The translations under genes and the position numbers were made by a program. Under the pieces are notes generated by a model, which was not told the DNA's origin, did no database searches, and was given only the letters and a program-made list of their open reading frames with translations. A DNA stretch of 64,000 bases, from positions 24,572 through 88,571 of the forward strand of contig DNEP01000001.1 of the NCBI GenBank assembly GCA_003487265.1. The letters are read 5' to 3'. Below, one piece after another: positions 28,133-38,944 of the stretch. This DNA is from Minisyncoccota bacterium. GTDB taxonomy: Bacteria; Patescibacteriota; Microgenomatia; UBA1400; UBA12028. The first letter of the stretch is position 1. Every line of letters begins with the position of its first letter.

Positions 28133-28933
28133 TCACAAAAGACCAAAATACCACGAAAGAAGCGGTTCACCCCAAATCAAAGAGAGAACTGACCCAAGAA
28201 TCAAAAACGGGGCAAACGGTACAACCTGCCCAAACTTCTTTTTTCGCGCAACGAGCAGGGCAACCGCCACCACCGCCCCAATAATAAATGCGAGATACAC
28301 CGCCAAAATCGTCTGCGGAAACCCCAAAATCAAACCCAATGGAAACATAAACTTCACATCTCCAAGTCCCATCCCGCGCCCCTTCGTTATACGAACCAGC
28401 GCATAAAAAAGGAGAGAAAATCCGAACGCGGATGCAATCGCCATCCAATAGTCATATGGTTGGAAAATCCCCGCGATAAGGAGGGCGGAACGGTACATCA
28501 GCGCCAACACAGAAAGCACCACTACCAGCACATCAGGAATGACATATTTAAACAAATCGATGAAAAAAACCAAAATAAAAATAATCCCCACGACCAACCA
28601 AAAGGCCGGCTGAAGATAGGTAAACGGCGCGCGGGCGAGCTGGAAAAAGGTAAACCCAATCAAGTACCACCACACAAACATCACACCAGTAATCGCTTCG
28701 ATCAGCGGATAACTCGCATCGATGCGCTTGTGGCAGGTGCGACACCGCCCCCGAAGCGCCAAAAACGACAACAACGGAATGTTTTCATACCAAGCAAGTT
28801 GACGCTTACAATGATCGCAGTAGGACCGCCCATACACGAACGATTCTCCTCGAGTCATGCGATAGATCACCACATTCAGAAACGACCCAATTGCCGAACC
28901 AAACGCAAACAAAAACAGCATCATCACAATCAT
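28133..28933 (-). CDS. pilD: Prepilin peptidase (A24 family) PilD
   Basis: N-terminal tetra-Cys zinc motif (CDHCKRQ...CRTCHKRI) and about 8 TM helices with conserved Asp regions (ALMYRSALL...GLGDVKF). 4-nt overlap with the upstream gene. Confidence 0.85.
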   Translation of the reverse strand: MIVMMLFLFAFGSAIGSFLNVVIYRMTRGESFVYGRSYCDHCKRQLAWYENIPLLSFLALRGRCRTCHKRIDASYPLIEAITGVMFVWWYLIGFTFFQLARAPFTYLQPAFWLVVGIIFILVFFIDLFKYVIPDVLVVVLSVLALMYRSALLIAGIFQPYDYWMAIASAFGFSLLFYALVRITKGRGMGLGDVKFMFPLGLILGFPQTILAVYLAFIIGAVVAVALLVARKKKFGQVVPFAPFLILGSVLSLIWGEPLLSWYFGLL

Positions 28934-29613
28934 AGAAAGATGTTAATCCCAAACACGATTTCGATAATCTGGCCGATCCAATAGGAAAGGAAGAGGAGTA
29001 AGAACCCAACCACCGCCCAGGTGATGCGGTTTTTTCCCGCTTCTTGCGCCTTTTGGTCCGTCGCCCCGAGGAGCATCTCGAAACCTCCCCAGACGATCAT
29101 TACGAACAGGGTAAATCCCGCAAATGCAAACAGGAATGGAAACGAGTAGGCGATGATTTGACCAAGCGTGAGGGTAGAGGGATCCACTCCAACATTTTGC
29201 GAACCAATTTTGTTGAGCTGGATCGCGTTGTTGATTGTGTCTCGCATTTTCGCGGGGTTGAGGGGGAGAGGGGGTGGGTTTGCTCCAGTGGGAATTAATG
29301 CTGGAGTCAACACGCAATCTTCAAAACAAATTTGACCATCAAAACTTGGTGCGCAACACGCAACTTCATCGGGTTCATAATCTGCATGACATGTCGTCAA
29401 TTGGGGTGACACGCATAATCCACACTCAATCGCACAAGAAACGATCTTATCATTTGAAACAGATGAAGAATATGAATATAGTTCTCCAAAATCAGTCTTT
29501 TGATAACACTCTGTCCCTTCTTTACAAGAATATACAGGTGCAGCCTGCGCAACGCCTCCCCACACAAAAACACTTGTGAAAAACAAAGTGAGAAAAAGAA
29601 AGGTTTTTTTCAT
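28930..29613 (-). CDS. Cys-rich secreted protein with a C-terminal two-helix membrane hairpin (VirB2/TrbC-pilin-like architecture)
   Basis: Signal peptide MKKTFLFLTLFFTSVFVWGGVAQA and a Cys-rich extracellular domain with about 14 Cys. The C-terminus has hydrophobic helix 1 (YSFPFLFAFAGFTLFVMIVWGGFEMLLGA), a short charged loop (TDQKAQEAGKNR) and hydrophobic helix 2 (ITWAVVGFLLLFLSYWIGQIIEIVFGI). Confidence 0.4.
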   Translation of the reverse strand: MKKTFLFLTLFFTSVFVWGGVAQAAPVYSCKEGTECYQKTDFGELYSYSSSVSNDKIVSCAIECGLCVSPQLTTCHADYEPDEVACCAPSFDGQICFEDCVLTPALIPTGANPPPLPLNPAKMRDTINNAIQLNKIGSQNVGVDPSTLTLGQIIAYSFPFLFAFAGFTLFVMIVWGGFEMLLGATDQKAQEAGKNRITWAVVGFLLLFLSYWIGQIIEIVFGINIFL

Positions 29614-29614
29614 C

Positions 29615-30502
29615 TTAAAATCCTGGTAACTTCAAAATGTCTACGCCGATTGTTCGTAAAATGACCATCGAAAAAATGATGAATAAAAGACCACTTATCG
29701 CCGCGGTGATGTTGTTCTTTGCTTCATCAACCTTTTTTGGTTCTCCTTGACTTGTGGTAAGTTGAAAAGCTGCAGCAAGGATGGTGAGCAACACCACACC
29801 ACCGCCAATACTCAGACTTAAGCGCACAATCGACACAATGATTCCCTCAGGGGAACTCGGGATACACCCTATCGCGGTCCAGATGCCTTTCTCAAAAGTG
29901 TTCCCAGCACATGTCGTATTTAATGGATCCCCAGTCACACATTGACAACACACCGCGCGATCATCGGCATTTGAAATTTGTTTACAAGGATTAAAAGTAC
30001 TAGAAAAAATTGCAGGGTACTGACAAATTTTTTGGAAATTATATTCAACACATTTTTGATCAGGATCAATACAATCATCTTTCTTTCCATCATTGTCTAT
30101 ATCGGTACATGCTTGACCTAAATATCCTTCATAACTCGAGAGAGATGAATTTTCTAAAGAAGGATAACATATATGTTTTTCAATTCTTGATGGGGGACTA
30201 TTAGGAATTGGAATATACGCACTTAAAACAACAGAGCACCCTTCGATTGTTAAACATGAACTTGTATTCAAATTTTCCCGAGGGTTATCGCACTGAAAAA
30301 GTTTTGAACTACATTGATCTAAACCCGAACCAGCAGGGTTAACCGATTCTACAGAATACCCAGAATCTACGTGATCAGTACAACCATCAAAAGTTGTTGC
30401 TGCAGCCCGAACTTCGGCTCTAGGCAAAAAAGCCAAAAAGACAAAAAGAAAAACCACAAATACGGCCAAAAATCCCGATAATACTCGTTGTTTTTCCTTC
30501 AC
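29615..30502 (-). CDS. Cys-rich secreted protein, paralog of the 28930-29613 gene, with the same C-terminal two-helix hairpin
   Basis: Same architecture: signal-like VLSGFLAVFVVFLFVFLAFL, a Cys-rich domain, and a C-terminal helix / short charged loop (TTSQGEPKKVDEAKNN) / helix. Probable GTG start at 30502, immediately preceded by TATAAT; the ORF-track ATG at 30610 is an alternative. Confidence 0.4.
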   Translation of the reverse strand: MKEKQRVLSGFLAVFVVFLFVFLAFLPRAEVRAAATTFDGCTDHVDSGYSVESVNPAGSGLDQCSSKLFQCDNPRENLNTSSCLTIEGCSVVLSAYIPIPNSPPSRIEKHICYPSLENSSLSSYEGYLGQACTDIDNDGKKDDCIDPDQKCVEYNFQKICQYPAIFSSTFNPCKQISNADDRAVCCQCVTGDPLNTTCAGNTFEKGIWTAIGCIPSSPEGIIVSIVRLSLSIGGGVVLLTILAAAFQLTTSQGEPKKVDEAKNNITAAISGLLFIIFSMVILRTIGVDILKLPGF

Positions 30503-30656
30503 GTCTTCAATTATACACACTCCTCGTGGTGTTGTGCAGTGCGAAAATGCAAAACCAACGTGGGCTTTCAGTTTCAATATCACGCATCCAAGAACGGCCT
30601 CTAAACCCAAAGACCGCCCCTTTCGGGGCGGTCTGCGTTTTCAACATAAGCAGGTT

Positions 30657-31322
30657 TTACGGAAGACAGAGGAGTTCGTTTACATAGACGTCTTCGATTC
30701 CATAGTTCCCATCACCATCTCCATTCGGACAAGCGATTTCTTTGATTCCCGTTTCGTATCCACTGTTTACACAGTTTCGAATTGCTTCTCGCTTGAATGC
30801 TCCAGAAGATGGCATGAAACATGCGTACATCGTTGCGTCGGAGCCCTCAGGTTTGTAGGCAAAAATCATGTAGTTTTCCTGATTTTCCAATCGAGAAATA
30901 TATCCTGATTTCACCTCACCAGAAGTACTCAACAAATCAAGCCATGCCGATTCGGGGGAAAGACGACATGCGCCCTCACCAAAAAGTGCAGTCCCATACC
31001 CATCATCCATCGTTACTCCACAAAACTCACCAGCGGTGTCTGGCATAACAACCGTAGGTTGTTGATTATCTTCCGTAGGTGCGGTTTCTCCATCAGTCGA
31101 GATTTCATTCCACGGATACTTTTCCGCACTTGCGTAGTAGCGATCAACCGCATTAATCAACTGCGCGGCATCGGATCGCATACGCGTATCTCTTCCTTTA
31201 TTGATTTGTTCAATTGGGTTAATAGATGACAACACCGCCGTTGCGAGTGCGCCAATAACCGCGATCACGACGAGCAGTTCGATCATCGTAAAACCTGCGG
31301 TTTTCATAAATGACTTCAGCAT
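30657..31322 (-). CDS. pilA: Type IV major pilin PilA-like
   Basis: MLKSFMKTAGFTMIELLVVIAVIGALATAVL is a class III signal peptide with Gly at -1, Phe at +1 and Glu at +5. GGAG lies 7 nt upstream of this ATG. Directly downstream of pilC. Confidence 0.8.
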   Translation of the reverse strand: MLKSFMKTAGFTMIELLVVIAVIGALATAVLSSINPIEQINKGRDTRMRSDAAQLINAVDRYYASAEKYPWNEISTDGETAPTEDNQQPTVVMPDTAGEFCGVTMDDGYGTALFGEGACRLSPESAWLDLLSTSGEVKSGYISRLENQENYMIFAYKPEGSDATMYACFMPSSGAFKREAIRNCVNSGYETGIKEIACPNGDGDGNYGIEDVYVNELLCLP

Positions 31323-31381
31323 TTGTACTCCTTCACTTTTATTCAAACGACCTGATGGTCTGTATACGCATTGTGGTCATA

Positions 31382-32584
31382 TTAGAACTGACTTGTCAAG
31401 TTGTAGATCGGCATAATAATTGCAAGAATCAAGAACATCACGCCAACACCCAAGATCACCATAATAATTGGCTCAAGAAGAGTGGAAAGATTTTTCACCA
31501 TGTGTTCACTTTCGGACTCGAAATACGCCGAAACTTTTAACAGCACTTCGTCCAATTTTCCTGTTTCTTCACCAACCGCGCTCATTTGCGAAACGAGTGG
31601 CGGAAACAACTCGGATTTGGTAAGCGACTCGGAAAGCGGGACCCCTTTTTCGACATCGGTGGCCACTTCGTGCAACGCGTCGCGAAACAGCACATTGTCC
31701 ATCGACTCCGCAACAATTTGCAACGTCGAAAGCAAAGACACACCCGCCCCCAATAACAACGAGATTGTTCGAGTAAACTCGGTCATCATCGACAACACGC
31801 GAATTCTTCCAAAAACTGGAATCTTCAACAACAGTTTGTCGACGATAAACTCGCCGGTGGGGGTCGTTTTCCATAATCGAAAAATGTACACTCCACCAAT
31901 CACCGCTCCCACAAAAAAATACCAGTTTGTCGCCATAAAGTTTGAGGTGCTGATTAATATTTTTGTTGGCAACGGAAGCTCGGCATTAAATCCTTCGTAC
32001 ATTGTGGTGAGTTTTGGAATAACCATCACCATCATTAAAAACGCGACAATAATCATTCCCACAAACACAATGGCTGGATAAATCAGCGCGCCTTTTGTTT
32101 TCGCACGAAACTCGAACGATTTTTCCATGTTATCCGCAAGTCGGTGTAACACCTGATCCAACATTCCCGCGGCCTCACCCGAACGAACCAACGCAATATA
32201 CACTTTAGAAAAAATCCCTCGGTGTTTTTCGAGCGCGTCACCAAAAGAAGTTCCCCCTTCAACATCATGCGATAAACTCAAAACCACACGCTGCATCGCG
32301 GGACGCGATTGTTGAACCAAAATGCCAAACGATTCGGTGAGCGTAAGACCAGAAGTGATCATGGTAGAAAGTTGGCGCGTAAAGTTCACCAAGTCAGCGG
32401 CCTTCACGCGATCCATTGAAAGTGAAAGATCGTTAAGGATTGAGTTCGAGGATTGTGACAACGAAATAATGAACAAGTTCTTTTCTTTAAGCAGTGACGC
32501 TGCCTGATGTGGAGAGTTCGCCTCAATACGACCTTTAATCGTTTGCGCTTGATCTGTTCGAACCACGTATTTATAAAATGGCAT
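31382..32584 (-). CDS. pilC: Type IV pilus inner-membrane platform protein PilC (GspF family)
   Basis: 400 aa with two repeated GspF domains and TM segments (ALIYPAIVFVGMIIVAFLMMVMVIPKL, PIIMVILGVGVMFLILAIIMPIY). Confidence 0.8.
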   Translation of the reverse strand: MPFYKYVVRTDQAQTIKGRIEANSPHQAASLLKEKNLFIISLSQSSNSILNDLSLSMDRVKAADLVNFTRQLSTMITSGLTLTESFGILVQQSRPAMQRVVLSLSHDVEGGTSFGDALEKHRGIFSKVYIALVRSGEAAGMLDQVLHRLADNMEKSFEFRAKTKGALIYPAIVFVGMIIVAFLMMVMVIPKLTTMYEGFNAELPLPTKILISTSNFMATNWYFFVGAVIGGVYIFRLWKTTPTGEFIVDKLLLKIPVFGRIRVLSMMTEFTRTISLLLGAGVSLLSTLQIVAESMDNVLFRDALHEVATDVEKGVPLSESLTKSELFPPLVSQMSAVGEETGKLDEVLLKVSAYFESESEHMVKNLSTLLEPIIMVILGVGVMFLILAIIMPIYNLTSQF

Positions 32585-32593
32585 TTCGTCCTT

Positions 32594-33712
32594 TTATCCT
32601 TGATTTTCTTGCGTTGCAGATGTTGACACTGGATCCACACGAACCGGCTCCGTGGTCGACCGAACCGTTATCTTTTCGAGATCGTCTGGTCGGAGCGCGT
32701 ATTTTTCCGCCTCTTCATACGAAATCTTTCCCTCCATGACCAACTGAGCGAGAGAAGATTCAATGGTAATCATGCCATCACCCGCAGACGTTTGAATCAC
32801 GTTATCAAGTTGGAATGTTTTTCCATCGCGAATGAGATTGCGCACCGCGCCATTCGCCATCAACACCTCGACCGCAGCACACCGTTTTCCGTCTAACGAA
32901 GGCACGAGTCGCTGTGATAACACGGATTGAATTGACATCGCCAACTGCGATCGGATCTGCGCTTGTTGTGCCGCGGGGAACACATCAATAATACGATCAA
33001 TCGTTTGAGAAGCGCTGTTTGTATGCAACGTCGCGAACACAAGGTGTCCCGTCTCTGCTACGGTGAGCGCGGCCGCAATCGTTTCGTAATCGCGCATCTC
33101 TCCGACCAGTACCACGTCTGGGTCTTCGCGGAGCGCCGATCGAAGCGCGATCTCCCAAGAATGGGTATCCGCATGCAACTCACGTTGAGAAATAATCGAG
33201 TGGATCGGTTTGTGCACAAACTCAATTGGATCCTCAATTGTCAGAATGTGTTCACTGCGCGTTTTATTTATTTGATCAATAATAGCGGCAAGCGTTGAGG
33301 ATTTCCCGTGCCCGGTGGGACCGGTCACCAATACTAATCCTTGTTTCATCGTAGAAAATTGATTGCACACTTCTGGCATTCCCAAATCTTCAAGAGATTT
33401 GATTTTTGAGGGGATCAACCGGAGCGCCGCGGTCCATTCGCCCTGCGTGTGATACACATTGACACGAAATCGACCAAACTCGCCGAATTGATATCCAAAA
33501 TCAACTTCTTTGTTCACATTCAACAACTCGCGCTGTTCGGGGGCGAGAAGGGGAGTGATTGCTTCGCGAATCGTTTGCGAAGTTAATGGTTCGGTGTTGG
33601 GAATCGCACCAAGACGACCATGCACACGCAACATTGGGGGGATCCCCAAAAGCAAGTGCAGATCTGATGCATCTTGTTGAACAACTTGTGAAAGCATTGA
33701 TTGAATGTCCAT
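32594..33712 (-). CDS. pilT: Twitching-motility retraction ATPase PilT
   Basis: Walker A GPTGHGKSST, the Asp box TIEDPIEF, the PilT-type His box, and the AIRNLIREGK-like segment (AVRNLIRDGK). Confidence 0.85.
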   Translation of the reverse strand: MDIQSMLSQVVQQDASDLHLLLGIPPMLRVHGRLGAIPNTEPLTSQTIREAITPLLAPEQRELLNVNKEVDFGYQFGEFGRFRVNVYHTQGEWTAALRLIPSKIKSLEDLGMPEVCNQFSTMKQGLVLVTGPTGHGKSSTLAAIIDQINKTRSEHILTIEDPIEFVHKPIHSIISQRELHADTHSWEIALRSALREDPDVVLVGEMRDYETIAAALTVAETGHLVFATLHTNSASQTIDRIIDVFPAAQQAQIRSQLAMSIQSVLSQRLVPSLDGKRCAAVEVLMANGAVRNLIRDGKTFQLDNVIQTSAGDGMITIESSLAQLVMEGKISYEEAEKYALRPDDLEKITVRSTTEPVRVDPVSTSATQENQG

Positions 33713-33765
33713 CTTTCTCCTTTTATCTATTAATTTTTTATCTATTGATTCAGTATGGCGTTTTT

Positions 33766-35592
33766 TTATGTTTGTGCAACGCGCAGCACTTCCTCAATTG
33801 TTGTAATTCCTTCAAGCACCTTGAGATATCCATCTTGTTTCATTAAAATCATGCCATCGAGCACCGCTTGTTTTTCAATCTCGCTCGCGGGTTTTCGTTC
33901 GAGAATCAACTTCCCAATTTTTTCGGTCACCAACAGTACCTCATAAATTCCGACGCGCCCCTTGTACCCCGTACCGCCGCAAGTTTCACATCCTTTTCCC
34001 TTAAATATTTTGATCTCGGTTTTTTTATTTGTTTGCATCCATCCATCGAGGAGCTCACCAAGATATGATTTTATGTCATCTTTCACCGGCTGTTCTGGAT
34101 CGTACTGTTCTGCGCACACCGAACACACTCTGCGCAACACACGTTGCGCCATTACCACCGTCATCGAGCTGGCGAGCAAGAACGGCTCCGCTTCCATATC
34201 AAGAAGACGGGGAAGTGCGCCCGCGGCGGAGTTTGTGTGAAGTGTTGAAAAGACCAAGTGACCTGTGAGCGATGCTTGAATCGCAAGCTCCGCCGTTTCT
34301 TTATCGCGAATCTCTCCAACCATGATAATGTTTGGATCTTGTCGCAAAAACGCGCGCAAACCCGACGCAAAGGTGAGACCTGCTTGTGGGTTCACTTGGA
34401 CCTGATTAATTCCGAGCATCTGATACTCGACAGGATCTTCAAGTGTGACAATATTTAATTTCGGCGTGTTGATTTTATTCAGCAACGAGTACAGCGTTGT
34501 CGTCTTTCCTGAACCCGTGGGCCCCGTGACAAGAACGATTCCGTGCGGAACATGCGCGGCCGCTTCGAGATTCTTCAACGCACTCCCACGCAGTCCCAAT
34601 TCGGGAAGTGTGGGTACTCCACCCGTTTTCTTTAACAACCGCATCACGATTTTTTCACCATGAACGGTTGGAAGAGTAGAAACACGAAGGTCAACTTCTT
34701 CTTTGTCCATGCGAAACGTGAAACGGCCATCTTGCGGAATACGTTTTTCGTCAATCTTGAGATCGGATAAAATCTTGATGCGAGAAACCACCGCTTCGTG
34801 CACTGATTTTGGTAAGATGAGTTTTTCCTGCAAAATACCATCAATACGATAGCGCACGCGCGTTTTTTCCTCAAGCGGTTCGATATGCACATCCGATGCT
34901 CGCGCCTTCATCGCAAAGGTCACAACCGTTTCCACAATTTTCGCGATTGGAGCCTCACGAATGACATTCGCAAGCGATTTTGCATCAAAGGTTCGAAGCT
35001 TTACTTGTTCATCCGAGTTTGAGGTGTCCTTGATCGCAGCGGAAACCTCCGCCGACAAACTTTGGGCGTATCGTTCGGCAATTGCCTGCTCAATATCGGA
35101 AAGGGTGGAGTAGTGCGCGGTAACACGCATTCCCGTTTTTTTCTCGATGAAATCAATCGCACCCAAATCGAGTGGATTCACCATCGCGAGTTCGAGCGTA
35201 CGCGCTTCCTGATCGATGCTAAATGGAATCAAACGATACCGACGCGCCAAACCTTCGGGAATCTGCGAAAGCGCCTCGGGGGAACTTCCCACCGCCAACA
35301 CATCGATGTAAGGAACGGTATAGAATTCCGATCTCGCCTTTGCCAAGGTGACTTCATCAACAATCTTTTTTTGTTCAATAATCGAGTCAATCGGCTCACC
35401 CGTATTGACGTGCATTAAACTCACTTGATCAAACTGCGCTTGAGAAATGGATTGTTGCTTGAGCAAAACATCAAGAACGGTTCCGCTTTGAATCGTGGAT
35501 GCAACTTGCACACCTTGACTCACTTGCGGTGGTATTTGTGATTGCGTTTGTGGTTGTGTTTGCGCCGAAACATCGCCTTGGGCAGGTGTCAT
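33766..35592 (-). CDS. pilB: Type IV pilus assembly ATPase PilB (GspE family)
   Basis: N-terminal GspII_E-like domain, Walker A GPTGSGKTTT, the Asp box TLEDPVEY, and a tetra-Cys zinc motif (CSVCAEQY...CETCGGTGYKGRVGIYEVL). Confidence 0.85.
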   Translation of the reverse strand: MTPAQGDVSAQTQPQTQSQIPPQVSQGVQVASTIQSGTVLDVLLKQQSISQAQFDQVSLMHVNTGEPIDSIIEQKKIVDEVTLAKARSEFYTVPYIDVLAVGSSPEALSQIPEGLARRYRLIPFSIDQEARTLELAMVNPLDLGAIDFIEKKTGMRVTAHYSTLSDIEQAIAERYAQSLSAEVSAAIKDTSNSDEQVKLRTFDAKSLANVIREAPIAKIVETVVTFAMKARASDVHIEPLEEKTRVRYRIDGILQEKLILPKSVHEAVVSRIKILSDLKIDEKRIPQDGRFTFRMDKEEVDLRVSTLPTVHGEKIVMRLLKKTGGVPTLPELGLRGSALKNLEAAAHVPHGIVLVTGPTGSGKTTTLYSLLNKINTPKLNIVTLEDPVEYQMLGINQVQVNPQAGLTFASGLRAFLRQDPNIIMVGEIRDKETAELAIQASLTGHLVFSTLHTNSAAGALPRLLDMEAEPFLLASSMTVVMAQRVLRRVCSVCAEQYDPEQPVKDDIKSYLGELLDGWMQTNKKTEIKIFKGKGCETCGGTGYKGRVGIYEVLLVTEKIGKLILERKPASEIEKQAVLDGMILMKQDGYLKVLEGITTIEEVLRVAQT

Positions 35593-35617
35593 AGAATCAT
35601 AGTATCATACATGAACC

Positions 35618-36322
35618 ATGTTTCACCACGCGCTTCTGTGCATTACAGATTTTTTTCTCCACAATGAACCAAGCGTTCAATCTTCAACTGGTATTTTCTT
35701 GAATCAGATCAAGTCATATACCCCCTTTGCTGTTACAGAACATACACCAGACTTCATACATCTCTACGCCGACGAAAAAAAATCAAAAATCTCAATCGAA
35801 CAGGTACGAGAACTCATCGCATCACTTCAACAACAACCACTCAAATCGACCCATACTATTGCGTTACTTTCACAAGCGCATCTTCTTTCAATTGAGGCAC
35901 AACAAGCGCTCCTCAAAACACTCGAAGAACCACCAAAACACGCACAGATTATTCTCTGCGCACCCTCGACAACTGCCGTACTTCCAACCATCCTCTCACG
36001 ATGTTCTTACATTTTTCTTACAGACGACACAACCCAACCAACTCAACCAAACTCAGAGAATCTCGACACCCTTCCCAACACAATCACTGAAATATTGCGA
36101 TACACCGATACTTTTTCGAACACAATGGAAGGCCGCGAAAAAGCAATCACACTTCTCACGCAAATAATCAATTCAGAAAAACAAAAACTCGAGAAAACTC
36201 CAACGAAACAAAAAACAAATGAATTAAAATATCTTTTGCTTGCGCATAAACAACTGCAGGCGAATGTGCATGTGAAACTTGTGCTCGAACATCTGTGCTT
36301 TTCAATTCGTAATACAAAATAA
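35618..36322 (+). CDS. holB: DNA polymerase III delta-prime subunit-like clamp-loader protein (HolB-like), apparently lacking an intact Walker A
   Basis: ALLKTLEEPP and ILSRCSYIF clamp-loader (AAA+ sensor) motifs. Only 234 aa. Confidence 0.55.
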   Translation: MFHHALLCITDFFLHNEPSVQSSTGIFLNQIKSYTPFAVTEHTPDFIHLYADEKKSKISIEQVRELIASLQQQPLKSTHTIALLSQAHLLSIEAQQALLKTLEEPPKHAQIILCAPSTTAVLPTILSRCSYIFLTDDTTQPTQPNSENLDTLPNTITEILRYTDTFSNTMEGREKAITLLTQIINSEKQKLEKTPTKQKTNELKYLLLAHKQLQANVHVKLVLEHLCFSIRNTK

Positions 36323-36378
36323 AAACACAACTTGCAAAAACAGAAAAAATAGACTACATTGATTCCTCGTTCGTGTGA

Positions 36379-38415
<2,037 letters not shown>

Positions 38416-38426
38416 AAAGGAAGAGA

Positions 38427-38909
38427 ATGGAAACAGATCAACTTTCCCCAAGTCCTTTTGGAAACGAGCAAGGGGAGCCAGACGCATACAGAAATCAAGA
38501 TCAACCGTCCGAGGATACTACTGTAGGGGAAATAATCTATCCCATCGATGAACGTGGACAAATTGTGTGGAAAAAATCTGGAAAAGATGCTGACACTCAA
38601 CCAAGTATTTTTGATAAATATAAAGATCGCGATACAGATAAAAACAATGATCCCAAAAATGCTCCGGAAATGACGCAAGCCGTTCGAGAAGCGATTACCC
38701 CACTGATTCCTGAGGCAGAAAAGGCAGCAGAAATCGAAAGATATGTTGGACAAGCAATACTCGAAATTCGAGGTTCTAATCAATCTAAAGTACGTGGTGA
38801 ACTAGTGAAGGATGAAAAAGTACATTTATATGCGCGATTACTCATGATATCGAGGGGTCTTTCCTTACAACAAGCACTCGAATATGTCGTAGATGATATA
38901 CGCTCATAG
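38427..38909 (+). CDS. Hypothetical acidic protein (160 aa)
   Basis: ORF between gyrB and ppa. No motif recognised. Confidence 0.35.
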   Translation: METDQLSPSPFGNEQGEPDAYRNQDQPSEDTTVGEIIYPIDERGQIVWKKSGKDADTQPSIFDKYKDRDTDKNNDPKNAPEMTQAVREAITPLIPEAEKAAEIERYVGQAILEIRGSNQSKVRGELVKDEKVHLYARLLMISRGLSLQQALEYVVDDIRS

Positions 38910-38944
38910 TGTTAACACAGTATACGCAATTTATAGGAGGGCCC

